A DNA stretch of 64,000 bases. Source: Pyrinomonadaceae bacterium (lineage in GTDB: Bacteria > Acidobacteriota > Blastocatellia > Pyrinomonadales > Pyrinomonadaceae). Location: NCBI GenBank assembly GCA_963759585.1, contig CAVWZW010000003.1:68547-132546 (forward strand). Reading direction: 5' to 3'. Numbering within the stretch: the first letter of the stretch is position 1; every line of letters starts with the position of its first letter. Shown here piece after piece: positions 9,598 to 19,512 of this stretch. A model generated the notes under the pieces. It had not been told where the DNA came from. It worked only from the letters and a program-made list of their open reading frames with translations, and did no database searches. Position numbers and translations under genes: made by a program.

Positions 9598-12072
9598 ATG
9601 AAGCATATAATCTCCAAACTCCCTACGCTCTTACGTGCTGCTATCGTCGGCGTCATGGCATCTACCTGCGCTTTCGGCGCCAACGTAGTCGTTGAAAACG
9701 CCGATGGTCCTAATATGGGTTTCAATGACCCCACACCAGTTTCCCCGGTTGGCGGCAATCCAGGAACAACCCTGGGCCAGCAGAGGCTGCTCGCGCTTCA
9801 GTATGCAGCCAGCATTTGGGGCGCAAGGCTGAGCAGCGGACCCACGATTACAATTCGCGCGACCTGGGAATCACTGACCTGCACTGCAAACACGGCAGCC
9901 CTGGCTTCAGCTGGAAATAGTGGTGGCATTTTTAGAGACTTTGCCGGCGCGGTCCCAAACACCTGGTACGGAAACGCACTTGCCAATGCGATCAGGAACA
10001 TCGACTCAAACGGTTCCACGCATGAAATTAATGCTCGCTTCAATCTGAATATTGGTACCCCGGGATGTTTGGCGAGCGCTCACTGGTATTACGGACTGGA
10101 TACCAATCACGGTGACGGCGGCGTTAACCTCGTAAGCGTGGCTATGCACGAATTCGCGCACGGGTTGGGATTTCAAACCTTCACGAGCTCCAGCACAGGC
10201 GCACAGGCGTTTGACGTTCCCAGTATCTATGACAGGTTTCTAATGGATAACTCCACCGGCAAACTATGGCCTGAAATGATCGATGCGGAGCGGCAGGCTT
10301 CCGCCATCAACACGACCCATCTTGTTTGGAACGGCCCCAGGGTTAAAGCGGATGTGCCGAGTGTACTCAAGACGCCCTTGCTCAAGGTGAATACGCCGCC
10401 TGCGATTGCAGGCAACTATGAAATTGGCACGCCTGAATTCGGTCCGGCACTGTCGTCGCCGGGGATAACGGCTAATGTTGTCCAGGCGAGTCCAATAGAC
10501 GGTTGCGCAGCTCTCACAAATGGCGCCGCGATTTCTGGAAGGATCGCGCTAATCGACCGGGGCGGTTGCAATTTTACGGTAAAGGTCAAGAATGCTCAGA
10601 ATGCCGGCGCGGTTGGAGCGATCATCGTCAACAATGTAGCCGGTGGTCCTCCAGGGATGGGAGGTTCAGATCCCACAATCACAATACCAAGCGTGTCGAT
10701 TACGGACGTTAACGGCAATGCCATCAAAGCTCAGCTGGCTTCAGGTGTGAATGCTTCGTTGTTGCTTGATGCCTCGACACCTGCCGGTGCTGACTCGGCT
10801 GGGCGCATCCGAATGTTCAGCCCCAGCCCAGTCGAAGGCGGTTCATCGGTTTCACACTTTGACGAGACTCCCTTTCCTAACCAGTTGATGGAACCCAACA
10901 TCAGCAGCGATCTAACACACAACGTTACGCCGCCCTTTGATTTGACGACCTCTTTATTTGCAGATCTCGGTTGGCAGTTGCTCGGGCTCCCGAACACACT
11001 GCAACTGAACGCGAGCAATTTCAACTTCTCTGAAGGTGCAGGGAGTGCTCAGGTCGTCGTAACGCGAACGGATACATCGACCGCGGCGACAGTCGACTAC
11101 TCCACCAGCGACAGCGCGGCACTAAACGAATGCAATGTGATAAATAACCTTGGTTCGTCGCGCTGCGACTACGCCACGACGCAGGGCACACTTCGGTTTG
11201 CCGCGGGTGAAGCTTCAAAAACAATCTTCATTCCACTCGTGGACGATGGTTACGCGGAGGGGACCGAGACCTTCACGATTACTTTGACTAATGCAACCGG
11301 AACGACGCTCATCACGCCGTCTTCAGCAAGCATCACGATCCAGGACAATGAAGGCAGCACTGGAGCGAACCCGATTGACGGTGTTGATTTCTTTATTCGC
11401 CAGCAGTACATCGACTTCCTTGGCCGCGAACCTGACCCGGCGGGATTGGCCGGCTGGCGCAATGTGCTCAACAACTGCGGAACAACTGTGGCCCCGCCAT
11501 GTGATCGTATTGAAGTGTCTGCCGGCTTCTTCCGTTCGGAAGAGTTTCAGTCGCGCGGTTACTACATCTACCGCTTCTTTTCCGCGGTGGGAAAGATTCC
11601 CGTCTCGGAAGAGTTTTATCCTGATTTCGCGAAGGTCAGCGGTTTCTTAACGGCCGAGCAGTTGGAAGCGAACAAGGCGGCCTATGTTAATGAAGTGATG
11701 GCGCGTGCGGAATTTCAGACGAAGTACGCTTCCACCTTCGGTAACCCGACAGCTTATGTTGACGCGTTGCTGCAGACGGTTGGCCTACCGAATCATCCGG
11801 GTCGAGCAGGCTGGATTAACACGCTGAACGCCAATAACACCACGCAGACGCGCGGTCAGGTGTTCAGACAGTTGGTGGAGAGCGGGGAAGTCTTTAACAA
11901 GTATTTCAACGAAGCGTTTGTGATCATGCAGTATTTCGGTTACCTCCGCCGCACAGCGGATGCGTCGTATCTGAACTGGATTCAGACCATGAATCAGACC
12001 AATGGCGACTACCGGATCATGATCAATGGCTTCATGAACTCAGCTGAATACCGGCGCCGCTTCGGACCCTGA
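9598..12072 (+). CDS. Secreted zinc metalloprotease-like protein with PA (protease-associated) domain + Calx-beta + triple DUF4214-like module
   Basis: Signal peptide MKHIISKLPTLLRAAIVGVMASTCAFG. HEFAHGLGF (HExxH). PA-like GRIALIDRGGCNFTVKVKNAQNAGAVGAIIVNN. The C-terminal module matches its neighbours. Confidence 0.85.
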   Translation: MKHIISKLPTLLRAAIVGVMASTCAFGANVVVENADGPNMGFNDPTPVSPVGGNPGTTLGQQRLLALQYAASIWGARLSSGPTITIRATWESLTCTANTAALASAGNSGGIFRDFAGAVPNTWYGNALANAIRNIDSNGSTHEINARFNLNIGTPGCLASAHWYYGLDTNHGDGGVNLVSVAMHEFAHGLGFQTFTSSSTGAQAFDVPSIYDRFLMDNSTGKLWPEMIDAERQASAINTTHLVWNGPRVKADVPSVLKTPLLKVNTPPAIAGNYEIGTPEFGPALSSPGITANVVQASPIDGCAALTNGAAISGRIALIDRGGCNFTVKVKNAQNAGAVGAIIVNNVAGGPPGMGGSDPTITIPSVSITDVNGNAIKAQLASGVNASLLLDASTPAGADSAGRIRMFSPSPVEGGSSVSHFDETPFPNQLMEPNISSDLTHNVTPPFDLTTSLFADLGWQLLGLPNTLQLNASNFNFSEGAGSAQVVVTRTDTSTAATVDYSTSDSAALNECNVINNLGSSRCDYATTQGTLRFAAGEASKTIFIPLVDDGYAEGTETFTITLTNATGTTLITPSSASITIQDNEGSTGANPIDGVDFFIRQQYIDFLGREPDPAGLAGWRNVLNNCGTTVAPPCDRIEVSAGFFRSEEFQSRGYYIYRFFSAVGKIPVSEEFYPDFAKVSGFLTAEQLEANKAAYVNEVMARAEFQTKYASTFGNPTAYVDALLQTVGLPNHPGRAGWINTLNANNTTQTRGQVFRQLVESGEVFNKYFNEAFVIMQYFGYLRRTADASYLNWIQTMNQTNGDYRIMINGFMNSAEYRRRFGP

Positions 12073-12097
12073 TGTTTATAGCCTCAGGCGCTGGGAC

Positions 12098-12300
12098 GCC
12101 TCCTTGGAGTGCGGTGCCTTGTCACCGCTTTGGCCCGCGGCGGCCTGGCGCCGCTTCCTTTCGGTAGGGTTAGATCATTCGGAGGGGCGGGTAGGCGCAG
12201 CGAAAGCTGCGACAGGTCGCAGCAGGCCAAAGCGCCGACAACCGGGGTCCCCAGCGCGGCAGCCGCGATGGGGTGGCGTGGCGGCGCACTCCAAGGAGGC
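12098..12300. repeat. Family-A palindromic element, copy 4
   Basis: The left arm is identical to copy 1 except for one base. The right arm is interrupted (ggccaaagcgccgacaa ... ggcggcgcactccaaggaggc). It has the same inner ctgcgacaggtcgcag hairpin as copy 2. Confidence 0.85.
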
Positions 12301-12401
12301 ACCCTCGCCAGGAGGCGCTTCACCAACGACGCAAGCTAAAGCTTGTTACGCCTGTAGTTCTTCGCTGGCCTTTTCGTTTGGCCCCGAATACTCTCTTCCA
12401 C

Positions 12402-13550
12402 ATGCGCGTTGGACTCGACGGTATTCCGCTGGCAAATCCGCGCACCGGCGTCGGCCATTACACTTTCGAACTAGCGCGCCACCTCGCCATCATCTCCGCA
12501 CCAGACGAATTCGAACTCCTTTCGCCCTTTTCCTTTAATCCACCACTCGATGATCACGATTTGCCGGCGGGGCTTCGGGCAGTCCAGGTTAAAGTAAATT
12601 CACTTAGCCGGCGTTGGTTTGCAGTGGGCCTGCCTCTGCACCTGAGGCACTCGAAGTTTGATCTTTTTCATGGCACAAACTACGAGGTTCCGCTCTGGAG
12701 TAAATCTCCGTCGGTGCTAACCGTTCACGACCTCTCTTTGTTTCTCCTCCCGGAAACTCACGAACCGCATCTTGTGCGTCGCGGTCGCAGGCGACTGCCA
12801 ATCATGGCGCGCAGAGCCGATTGCCTGATCACGCCGTCGCAAACAATTAAGCGCGAGGTGATTCAACATCTTCGGATTGGTGACGCCCAAATTGTGGTCA
12901 TCCCCGATGCGCCGCGTAGCGTATTCCGGCCCATGCCTCTCGAGGAAACAGTAGCCACGCGAACAAAGCTTGGCATAGAACCCGAGTTTATTCTGTTCAC
13001 CGGAACTCTGGAGCCGCGGAAGAATTTAACGACACTGCTGAAAGCGTTTGACGAGATCATGCGCAAAACTGCGCTACGTCCTCAATTGGTGATTGCCGGC
13101 AAAGAGGGTTGGTTAATGGACGAACTGCGGCAGCAAATGGAGCAGCGTGACTTAAAGGATCGGCTGCGTTTCACAGGGTATTTGCCAGATGATGAGTTGC
13201 GAGCTCTTTATTCTTCATGCCGGGTTTTTGTTTACCCATCGCTTTATGAGGGTTTCGGATTGCCGCCGCTTGAAGCAATGGCTTGCGGGGCGCCCGTGAT
13301 AACCAGCAGCATCTCGAGTCTGATCGAGACTACGGGAACGGAGGCCGCACGACACGTTGCAGCCTTGGACGTCGAAGGCCTGGCCCAAAGCATTGTTGGT
13401 CTCTTGGAGAATGACAGCGAGCGGAAGTATCTTTCATCGGCCGGAATAAAACACGCAGCGGGATTTAGTTGGCACAAAGTGGCTGCTTCGACGTTGGAAG
13501 TTTACAGACAGGTGATGAAGCAGAAATCCGTATCTGTCCACCATTCATAA
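12402..13550 (+). CDS. Glycosyltransferase family 1 (GT4-type)
   Basis: [28 protein letters not shown] start typical of GT4. C-terminal [20 protein letters not shown] motif. The ORF-track extension from 12273 runs into the repeat. Confidence 0.85.
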   Translation: MRVGLDGIPLANPRTGVGHYTFELARHLAIISAPDEFELLSPFSFNPPLDDHDLPAGLRAVQVKVNSLSRRWFAVGLPLHLRHSKFDLFHGTNYEVPLWSKSPSVLTVHDLSLFLLPETHEPHLVRRGRRRLPIMARRADCLITPSQTIKREVIQHLRIGDAQIVVIPDAPRSVFRPMPLEETVATRTKLGIEPEFILFTGTLEPRKNLTTLLKAFDEIMRKTALRPQLVIAGKEGWLMDELRQQMEQRDLKDRLRFTGYLPDDELRALYSSCRVFVYPSLYEGFGLPPLEAMACGAPVITSSISSLIETTGTEAARHVAALDVEGLAQSIVGLLENDSERKYLSSAGIKHAAGFSWHKVAASTLEVYRQVMKQKSVSVHHS

Positions 13551-13554
13551 GAAC

Positions 13555-14868
13555 ATGAGCAACGAAGCCGATGAATTACGAGCCCGCATTTTGGGAATGA
13601 TTGGAGAATATTACGAGGCCGCCTTTCCCAAGCGCAAATTCATTCCCGGCGAAACTCCGGTACCAATCTCAGGCAAGGTCTTTGATGCCGAAGAGATTCG
13701 GCTTTTGGTCGATGCAGGTTTGGATTTTTGGCTGACTACCGGACGCTACGCCGCGCAGTTTGAAACCGAGTTTTCGCGCTTCTTTGGGCTTCGTTACGCG
13801 ATGCTGACGAACTCTGGTTCCTCGGCAAACCTGTTGGCGCTAAGCTGTCTAACGTCCCCCTCGTTAAAAGAACGCGCTCTGCAGGCGGGCGACGAAGTTA
13901 TCACTGTCGCAGCAGGTTTCCCCACCACCATCAATCCGATAATCCAATACGGACTGGTTCCAGTACTCGTGGACGTCGAAATTCCGACTTACAACGTCGA
14001 TGTCGACCAGCTTGAAGCTGCGCTTAGTGAGCGCACCCGAGCCGTCGTGTTGGCCCACACTCTGGGCAATCCGTTTGAAGCAAAACGCGTTGCAGACTTC
14101 GTAAAGCAGCACAATCTTTGGTTGGTCGAAGATTGTTGCGATGCGGTGGGAGCGACTTACCAGGGACGACAGGTGGGAACGTTTGGTGATCTGGCAACCA
14201 CCAGTTTTTATCCGGCGCATCACGTCACCATGGGCGAAGGTGGTTGTGTGCTAACTGACAGGCCCGCGCTGAAAACCCTGGTTGAATCGTTTCGGGATTG
14301 GGGCCGCGATTGCTGGTGCGTTCCGGGTGTGGCAAACACCTGTGGCAAACGTTTCGATTGGCAGTTAGGTGATCTGCCTTACGGTTACGATCACAAGTAC
14401 ACTTATTCTCACATCGGTTACAACTTGAAACTTACCGACATGCAGGCCGCCGTCGGAGTGGCCCAGCTGCAAAAGTTGCCGAAGTTTATCGAAACGCGAC
14501 GGCGAAATTTTCAATTTCTTTACGATGGTTTGAGTGACCTGCAGGAGTTTTTCATTCTGCCGCAGGCAACGGCTGGCGGGGAACCAAGTTGGTTTGGTTT
14601 TCCATTAGCTGTGCGGCCGGAGGCGCCCTTCTCGCGCGACGAAGTGCTGCGCTGGCTCGACGAGCGAAAGATTGCCACGCGTCTGCTGTTTGGAGGCAAT
14701 CTGCTTCGGCAGCCGGCCTATCAGAACGTGCGCCATCGAAAGATTGGCGAACTTGCCAACTCGGATTTCGTGATGAACCAGGTTTTGTGGATGGGGGTGT
14801 GGCCTGGGCTGTCTCAAGAAATGTTGGGCTTTATGATCGACACCTTGCACAGGATGGTTAAGAAGTAA
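13555..14868 (+). CDS. rfbH: DegT/DnrJ/EryC1-family PMP/PLP enzyme, RfbH/DdhC-like (CDP-6-deoxy-4-keto-hexose 3-dehydrase type)
   Basis: 437 aa. The N-terminus [36 protein letters not shown] and [41 protein letters not shown] resemble RfbH/E1 dehydrases as I recall them. Confidence 0.7.
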   Translation: MSNEADELRARILGMIGEYYEAAFPKRKFIPGETPVPISGKVFDAEEIRLLVDAGLDFWLTTGRYAAQFETEFSRFFGLRYAMLTNSGSSANLLALSCLTSPSLKERALQAGDEVITVAAGFPTTINPIIQYGLVPVLVDVEIPTYNVDVDQLEAALSERTRAVVLAHTLGNPFEAKRVADFVKQHNLWLVEDCCDAVGATYQGRQVGTFGDLATTSFYPAHHVTMGEGGCVLTDRPALKTLVESFRDWGRDCWCVPGVANTCGKRFDWQLGDLPYGYDHKYTYSHIGYNLKLTDMQAAVGVAQLQKLPKFIETRRRNFQFLYDGLSDLQEFFILPQATAGGEPSWFGFPLAVRPEAPFSRDEVLRWLDERKIATRLLFGGNLLRQPAYQNVRHRKIGELANSDFVMNQVLWMGVWPGLSQEMLGFMIDTLHRMVKK

Positions 14869-14869
14869 G

Positions 14870-15829
14870 ATGCAGTGTCTGATCACGGGAGCTTCAGGTC
14901 ACCTTGGCTCATTTCTTACAAAGCGTTTGTTGCGAGATGGTTGGAACATCACTGCGCTGGTCAGGCCCGAGAGCGACCTTTGGCGGTTGAATGATGTACT
15001 CTCGCAAATCAACATCATTCGCGCCGACCTGGCAGACGTATCAAGCGTGGCGAGCGCGGTTGCTCAGTCGAAACCCGAGGTGGTTTTCCACCTCGCATGG
15101 CAGGGCGTGACCGGTGCATTCAAAAATGACCCTGCACAGCTTGAGGTTAATTTGACAGGCAGTCTGAAGCTTTTTGAAATTGTGCGAGCCGCTGGTTGCA
15201 AGGTCTGGCTGGGAATCGGTTCGCAAGCGGAATACGGCCGGCACGAAGAAATCTTAAACGAAGACACTCCATGCCAGCCTGAGACAGAGTATGGCGCCGC
15301 TAAACTAAGCCTGGGCCGTCAAACGAAAGAGCTGTGCAATGACGCGGGGATTCGCTATCTGTGGATGCGGCTATTGGCGACGTACGGTCCAATGGACGAT
15401 GAAAGGCATTTGATTCCGTCTGTAATTCTTCAACTGCTTCGTAGGGAACGTCCACGGCTAACCGGTGGCGAGCAACGATGGGATTACCTCTATGTCGAAG
15501 ACGCGGCAGATGCAATCTATCGTGCAGCTGTTACGAGCAACGCTCAGGGCGTTTTCAACCTTGGCTCAGGACAGAGCCACACCATCCGCAATATCCTGGA
15601 GCGCATACGAGACCTAATCGATCCGGGGTTGGAACTGGGTTTCGGTGAAGTGGCGTATCCGCCCGATCAATTGATGCGATTGGAAGCCAGCGTCGAGCGG
15701 CTTCGCCGGGCGACCGGATGGACTCCGCGAGTTGGCCTTGATGAAGGTTTAGGTCGAACGGTTGAGTGGTATCAAGGGCTAAACTCGGATGGATTAAACA
15801 GGCCCGTGGGCAAAGGGCGCGTAGTTTAG
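14870..15829 (+). CDS. NAD(P)-dependent epimerase/dehydratase-family (extended SDR) sugar nucleotide reductase/epimerase
   Basis: Rossmann motif ITGASGHLGSFL and catalytic YGAAK. Its start is 2 nt after the rfbH-like stop. Confidence 0.8.
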   Translation: MQCLITGASGHLGSFLTKRLLRDGWNITALVRPESDLWRLNDVLSQINIIRADLADVSSVASAVAQSKPEVVFHLAWQGVTGAFKNDPAQLEVNLTGSLKLFEIVRAAGCKVWLGIGSQAEYGRHEEILNEDTPCQPETEYGAAKLSLGRQTKELCNDAGIRYLWMRLLATYGPMDDERHLIPSVILQLLRRERPRLTGGEQRWDYLYVEDAADAIYRAAVTSNAQGVFNLGSGQSHTIRNILERIRDLIDPGLELGFGEVAYPPDQLMRLEASVERLRRATGWTPRVGLDEGLGRTVEWYQGLNSDGLNRPVGKGRVV

Positions 15830-15973
15830 TGTTCAACTTTTGGGTTGGGTTTTTGCTGGCCAAGACGCAAGCTGAAGCTTGAACTCTGAACTGCGCGCCC
15901 CTGGCCCACCTCTCGTTAGATTGCTCGTGACGGATACACCGTTTCCCTGATTACCGATTACTTGAATGACCTG

Positions 15974-17692
15974 ATGAAAGTTTCCGACTACATCGTGAGT
16001 TATCTCGAAAGCCGCGGGGTAACGTGTGTCTTCGAGATGTCAGGGGGCATGATTGCCCACCTGCTTAATTCGCTCCATCAGCACGCGACAATTTCCACCG
16101 TAAGCATGCGTCATGAGCAAGCGGCGGCGTTCGCAGCCGACGCGATGGGTCGAATGACGGGCATTCCAGGCGTGGCAATGGCCACGAGCGGACCGGGAGC
16201 TACAAACCTGTTAACCGGAATCGGGAGTTGTTACTTCGATTCTTCCCCGGCCGTGTTTATTACCGGTCAGGTCAACCGCAACGAGCAAAAAGGCGAGCGC
16301 GCCATACGACAGTTAGGATTTCAGGAGACTGACATCGTGCCGATGGCCGCGCCAATTACCAAAGCAGCGTGGCGAGTGACTGACCCTGAAGAGGTGCCGT
16401 CCATGCTCGAACGTGCTTTCGAACTGGCTATTGATAAACGGCCTGGCCCAGTTCTTCTCGATATTCCAATGGACGTGCAAAGGGCTGAGATTGATGTCGC
16501 AAGCACCGACGAAGAGAACAGCACCAACGCAGATGATACGGAAATCGACGGCTGGGTTTGGCGAAGTCTCTTCGATCAACTCGAGCAGGCGCAGCGCCCT
16601 TTGATTTTGGTTGGAGGTGGCGTCTCTTCCGCGCGTGCTGTTGATTTGTTTAGAAGCGTTGTTAGCACGCTCCGCGTGCCGGTCGTTAATTCACTGATGG
16701 CTGTCGATGTGCTCCCCTTTGATGACCCTTTGCGTGTGGGAATGATTGGCAGCTATGGCAACCGTTGGGCAAATTTGGCAATTGGCCGGTCTGATTTTCT
16801 GCTGGTGCTTGGTAGCCGGCTGGATGTGCGGCAGACGGGATCACAAACCGACGCCTTCAAAGGCGATCGAACAATCTTTCATGTTGACTGTGAACCCGGC
16901 GAAATTAATAACCGGGTCCGAAACTGTACCGCTATTGTTTCAGGTCTAATGGGATTCCTGTCAGCGGCCCAAGCGGAGTTCGTCAATTCGAGTTTCCCAG
17001 AACGCAGCGAATGGCTGGAAGAAATAAATGCGCTGCGACGCGCATGGCCCGACACCAGCGAGTTGTCCGAAGTGAAGGGGATCAATCCGAACGTGTTGAT
17101 GCATCAGCTTTCGGCAGTTTCAAAACACGCGGCGGCGTATGTCGTGGATGTGGGTCAACATCAGATGTGGGCCGCGCAGTCTCTGGAACTTGGGGCCGCG
17201 CAGCGGTTCCTGACTTCGGGCGGCATGGGGTCGATGGGGTTCTCGCTTCCTGCCGCTATCGGTGCGTCGTTTGCGGCACCTTCGCAACCGATTGTTTTAA
17301 TTGCCGGTGACGGCGGCTTTCAGGCCAACATTCAGGAGTTACAAACCGTCGCTCATCACGGCCTCCCATTGAAAATGGTCATACTCAATAACGAATGCCA
17401 CGGAATGGTGCGACAGTTTCAGGAAAGCTATTTCGATTCTCGATATCAATCTACCCTTGTGGGTTACAGCGCGCCAGATTTCGAGAGCGTGGCGAATGGC
17501 TATAAGATTCCGGCGCGCACAATTGAAAATGAAAAAGACACCGAAGAGGCGTTGCGCTGGCTTTGGGAAGATTCAACCAAACCTGCTTTGCTGCAGGTGA
17601 TGATCGACACCTACGCGAATGCATATCCGAAAATCGCGTTTGGTAGTCCAATGACGGAGATGGAACCCGCGTCGGACGTCAGCAAGTTGTAA
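15974..17692 (+). CDS. Thiamine-diphosphate-dependent enzyme, acetolactate-synthase large-subunit-like (YerE-like candidate)
   Basis: N-terminal ThDP pyrimidine-binding region (ATSGPGATNLLTGI). C-terminal GGMGSMGFSLPAAIGA...IAGDGGFQANIQEL...LNN motif. ATG at 15974, with an alternative TTG at 15962. Confidence 0.8.
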   Translation: MKVSDYIVSYLESRGVTCVFEMSGGMIAHLLNSLHQHATISTVSMRHEQAAAFAADAMGRMTGIPGVAMATSGPGATNLLTGIGSCYFDSSPAVFITGQVNRNEQKGERAIRQLGFQETDIVPMAAPITKAAWRVTDPEEVPSMLERAFELAIDKRPGPVLLDIPMDVQRAEIDVASTDEENSTNADDTEIDGWVWRSLFDQLEQAQRPLILVGGGVSSARAVDLFRSVVSTLRVPVVNSLMAVDVLPFDDPLRVGMIGSYGNRWANLAIGRSDFLLVLGSRLDVRQTGSQTDAFKGDRTIFHVDCEPGEINNRVRNCTAIVSGLMGFLSAAQAEFVNSSFPERSEWLEEINALRRAWPDTSELSEVKGINPNVLMHQLSAVSKHAAAYVVDVGQHQMWAAQSLELGAAQRFLTSGGMGSMGFSLPAAIGASFAAPSQPIVLIAGDGGFQANIQELQTVAHHGLPLKMVILNNECHGMVRQFQESYFDSRYQSTLVGYSAPDFESVANGYKIPARTIENEKDTEEALRWLWEDSTKPALLQVMIDTYANAYPKIAFGSPMTEMEPASDVSKL

Positions 17693-18174
17693 TGTCGGAC
17701 ATGCTTCAGGAAGCTCTGAACAAGTCCATTTTGGATTTGTACTCGAAGCGATTACGTAATTTCAGCCCAAGGGTTGCCCATGAGGCCTGCACAAGAAGTT
17801 TTCGAGCCTAGTCCGCAAAGCGGACGACTGATGATAGCCCAGCAGTTCACTGCTGGGAGTAGGACGAACGTAAGGCGCAGTCCGTGAAGCGGACGGCTGA
17901 AAATGTAGCTCATCTAGACAGTATCATTCAGCCGTCCGCTGCACGGACTACGTTTTCTCGCGCGTCGATCCCAGCAGTAAACTGCTGGGCTATTATCAGC
18001 CGTCCGCTCAACGCGGACTGGAAACCAATTTTTTGTACAAGGCGTCCTTGCGATCGCACGACAAGCTGAACAGCTTGTCGTAGGTGGTTCAGAACCCCAA
18101 TGTGCGACGCTACAAGCAGCATCATTTCTTGAGTGTTGTGAATCCAAACGGCAAGCTGAAGCATGTCGGACATT
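17691..18174. repeat. Family-B nested palindromic MITE-like element, copy 1 (core 17782-18044) bounded by 19-bp inverted repeats
   Basis: aatgtcggacatgcttcag (17691-17709) matches the reverse complement of ctgaagcatgtcggacatt (18156-18174) at 18 of 19 bases. The core consists of sub-hairpins gtccgcaaagcggac, cccagcagttcactgctggg and gtccgtgaagcggac, mirrored in the right half. Confidence 0.85.
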
Positions 18175-18200
18175 GATGAGCTATCCGAGAGTCTTTAGAT

Positions 18201-19163
18201 ATGTCCAATCCTCCGCAACTAATCACAATTGTTATTCCCGCCTTCAACGAGGAAGGAAACATTCAGAGCCTCGAGCGGGAGTTGCTGTCTGCAGTTGAAT
18301 CCCTGCCTTACGTTTTCGAGTTCATCGTCATCGACAACAGCAGTTCCGATCAGACCGGAGAGATGATCAAATCGATCTGCGCGCGGGATCCGCGTTGGAA
18401 GTATCTGAGGTTCAGTCGAAACTTCACCGTGGAGATGTCCATCACCGCTGGTTATCACTGCGCACAAGGCGTTGCCATAGTGGTCCTCTATTCTGATCTG
18501 CAGGATCCGCCCAACGTTATTCCTCGTCTGATCGAGAAGTGGAAGGAGGGTTACGACGTTGTCTACGGAGTAAGGACTGTCCGGCCCGGCGACGCACGTT
18601 GGCGTAACTTTGCGGTGAAGATCGCTTACCGTTTGATTAATTGGTTTTCGGACGTTCCGATTCCGACTGACGCGGGCGACTTTCGTTTGATCACGCGGCA
18701 GGTGCGTGATGCATTGGAAAGCTTTCCAGAGCAAAACCGTTACCTTCGAGGCTTGATTGCATGGCTCGGCTTCCGCCAGATCGGAGTTCCATACGAACGC
18801 GAGCCGCGAAGAACAGGTGAAAGCAAAGCGCCGTTTTCGCACCTGCTGTTCTTCGTTTTCAATGCTATTACCAGTTTTTCCCTGCGACCTTTAAGACTGT
18901 TTACCTTGATGGGCGCGATCATCCTGGCTGTGTCAATGATCGCTGCTGTCGTTTATGCCGTTCTCTTCTTCACTGAGGCTCCACCGCCAGGCATTACCAC
19001 GATTATTATTCTGTTACTTGCCGCGATAGGACTGAACAGTATTGGCATAGGCATACTCGGCGAATATGTGGGACGTACTTATGTGGAAGCGAAGCGACGG
19101 CCACTGTATGTAGTCCAGGAAGCGGTCAACATCGACTATGAAGCCAGTACCCTTTCCAGATGA
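18201..19163 (+). CDS. GT2 polyprenyl-phosphate glycosyltransferase (GtrB / ArnC / Ppm1 / dolichyl-phosphate-mannose-synthase-like)
   Basis: ITIVIPAFNEEGNI, VIDNSSSDQT and YSDLQDPP (DxD region), with two C-terminal TM helices (LFTLMGAIILAVSMIAAVVYAVLFF; ITTIIILLLAAIGLNSIGIGILG). Confidence 0.85.
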   Translation: MSNPPQLITIVIPAFNEEGNIQSLERELLSAVESLPYVFEFIVIDNSSSDQTGEMIKSICARDPRWKYLRFSRNFTVEMSITAGYHCAQGVAIVVLYSDLQDPPNVIPRLIEKWKEGYDVVYGVRTVRPGDARWRNFAVKIAYRLINWFSDVPIPTDAGDFRLITRQVRDALESFPEQNRYLRGLIAWLGFRQIGVPYEREPRRTGESKAPFSHLLFFVFNAITSFSLRPLRLFTLMGAIILAVSMIAAVVYAVLFFTEAPPPGITTIIILLLAAIGLNSIGIGILGEYVGRTYVEAKRRPLYVVQEAVNIDYEASTLSR

Positions 19164-19198
19164 TTTGAGACGACTTTTCAACAGGTGGTTTCCCTGGT

Positions 19199-19436
19199 TT
19201 TAGCCCGCGGTAGCGGGCGCTAGCGTAAAGCCTGGGGTGGAGCGTAGCGGAACCCCAGGAACCGTCGTCGGAAATATCTAAAGCCCGCGAAGCGGCCGAC
19301 AGTGGCATCACTACATGATTGTTACCGCACCGGCTACCGCCCACTCCGCGGGCTTTGCAAGTTCTTGGGGGATGATCCTGGGGTTCCGCTACGCTCCACC
19401 CCAGGCTTTACGCTATCGCCCGCTACCGCGGGCTAG
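19199..19436. repeat. Family-C palindromic element, copy 1
   Basis: ctagcccgcggtagcgggcgctagcgtaaagcctggggtggagcgtagcggaaccccagga (19199-19260) is the near-perfect reverse complement of 19376-19436. A related copy lies at 30348-30642. Confidence 0.9.
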
Positions 19437-19512
19437 ATCAAGCCAGCCAAACACAACAAAGGCCAGTTTCGTTTGAAACTGGCCTTCGCTCATTTGCGCT
19501 TGTCGTGCGACT

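Noticed and set aside
555-12300. The recurring palindromic repeats might be a CRISPR array.
   Set aside because: The repeats are 165-200 bp long and ~4 kb apart, separated by whole genes. They are imperfect and internally palindromic. There are no short regular spacers and no cas genes.
12273-12401. N-terminal extension of the GT4 gene proposed by the ORF track.
   Set aside because: The extension is translated from the family-A repeat and its tail. GT4 homology begins at MRVGLDGIP (12402).
18219-18842. 207-aa ORF antisense to the GT2 gene.
   Set aside because: It lies entirely within the conserved GT2 coding region on the opposite strand and has no recognisable motifs.
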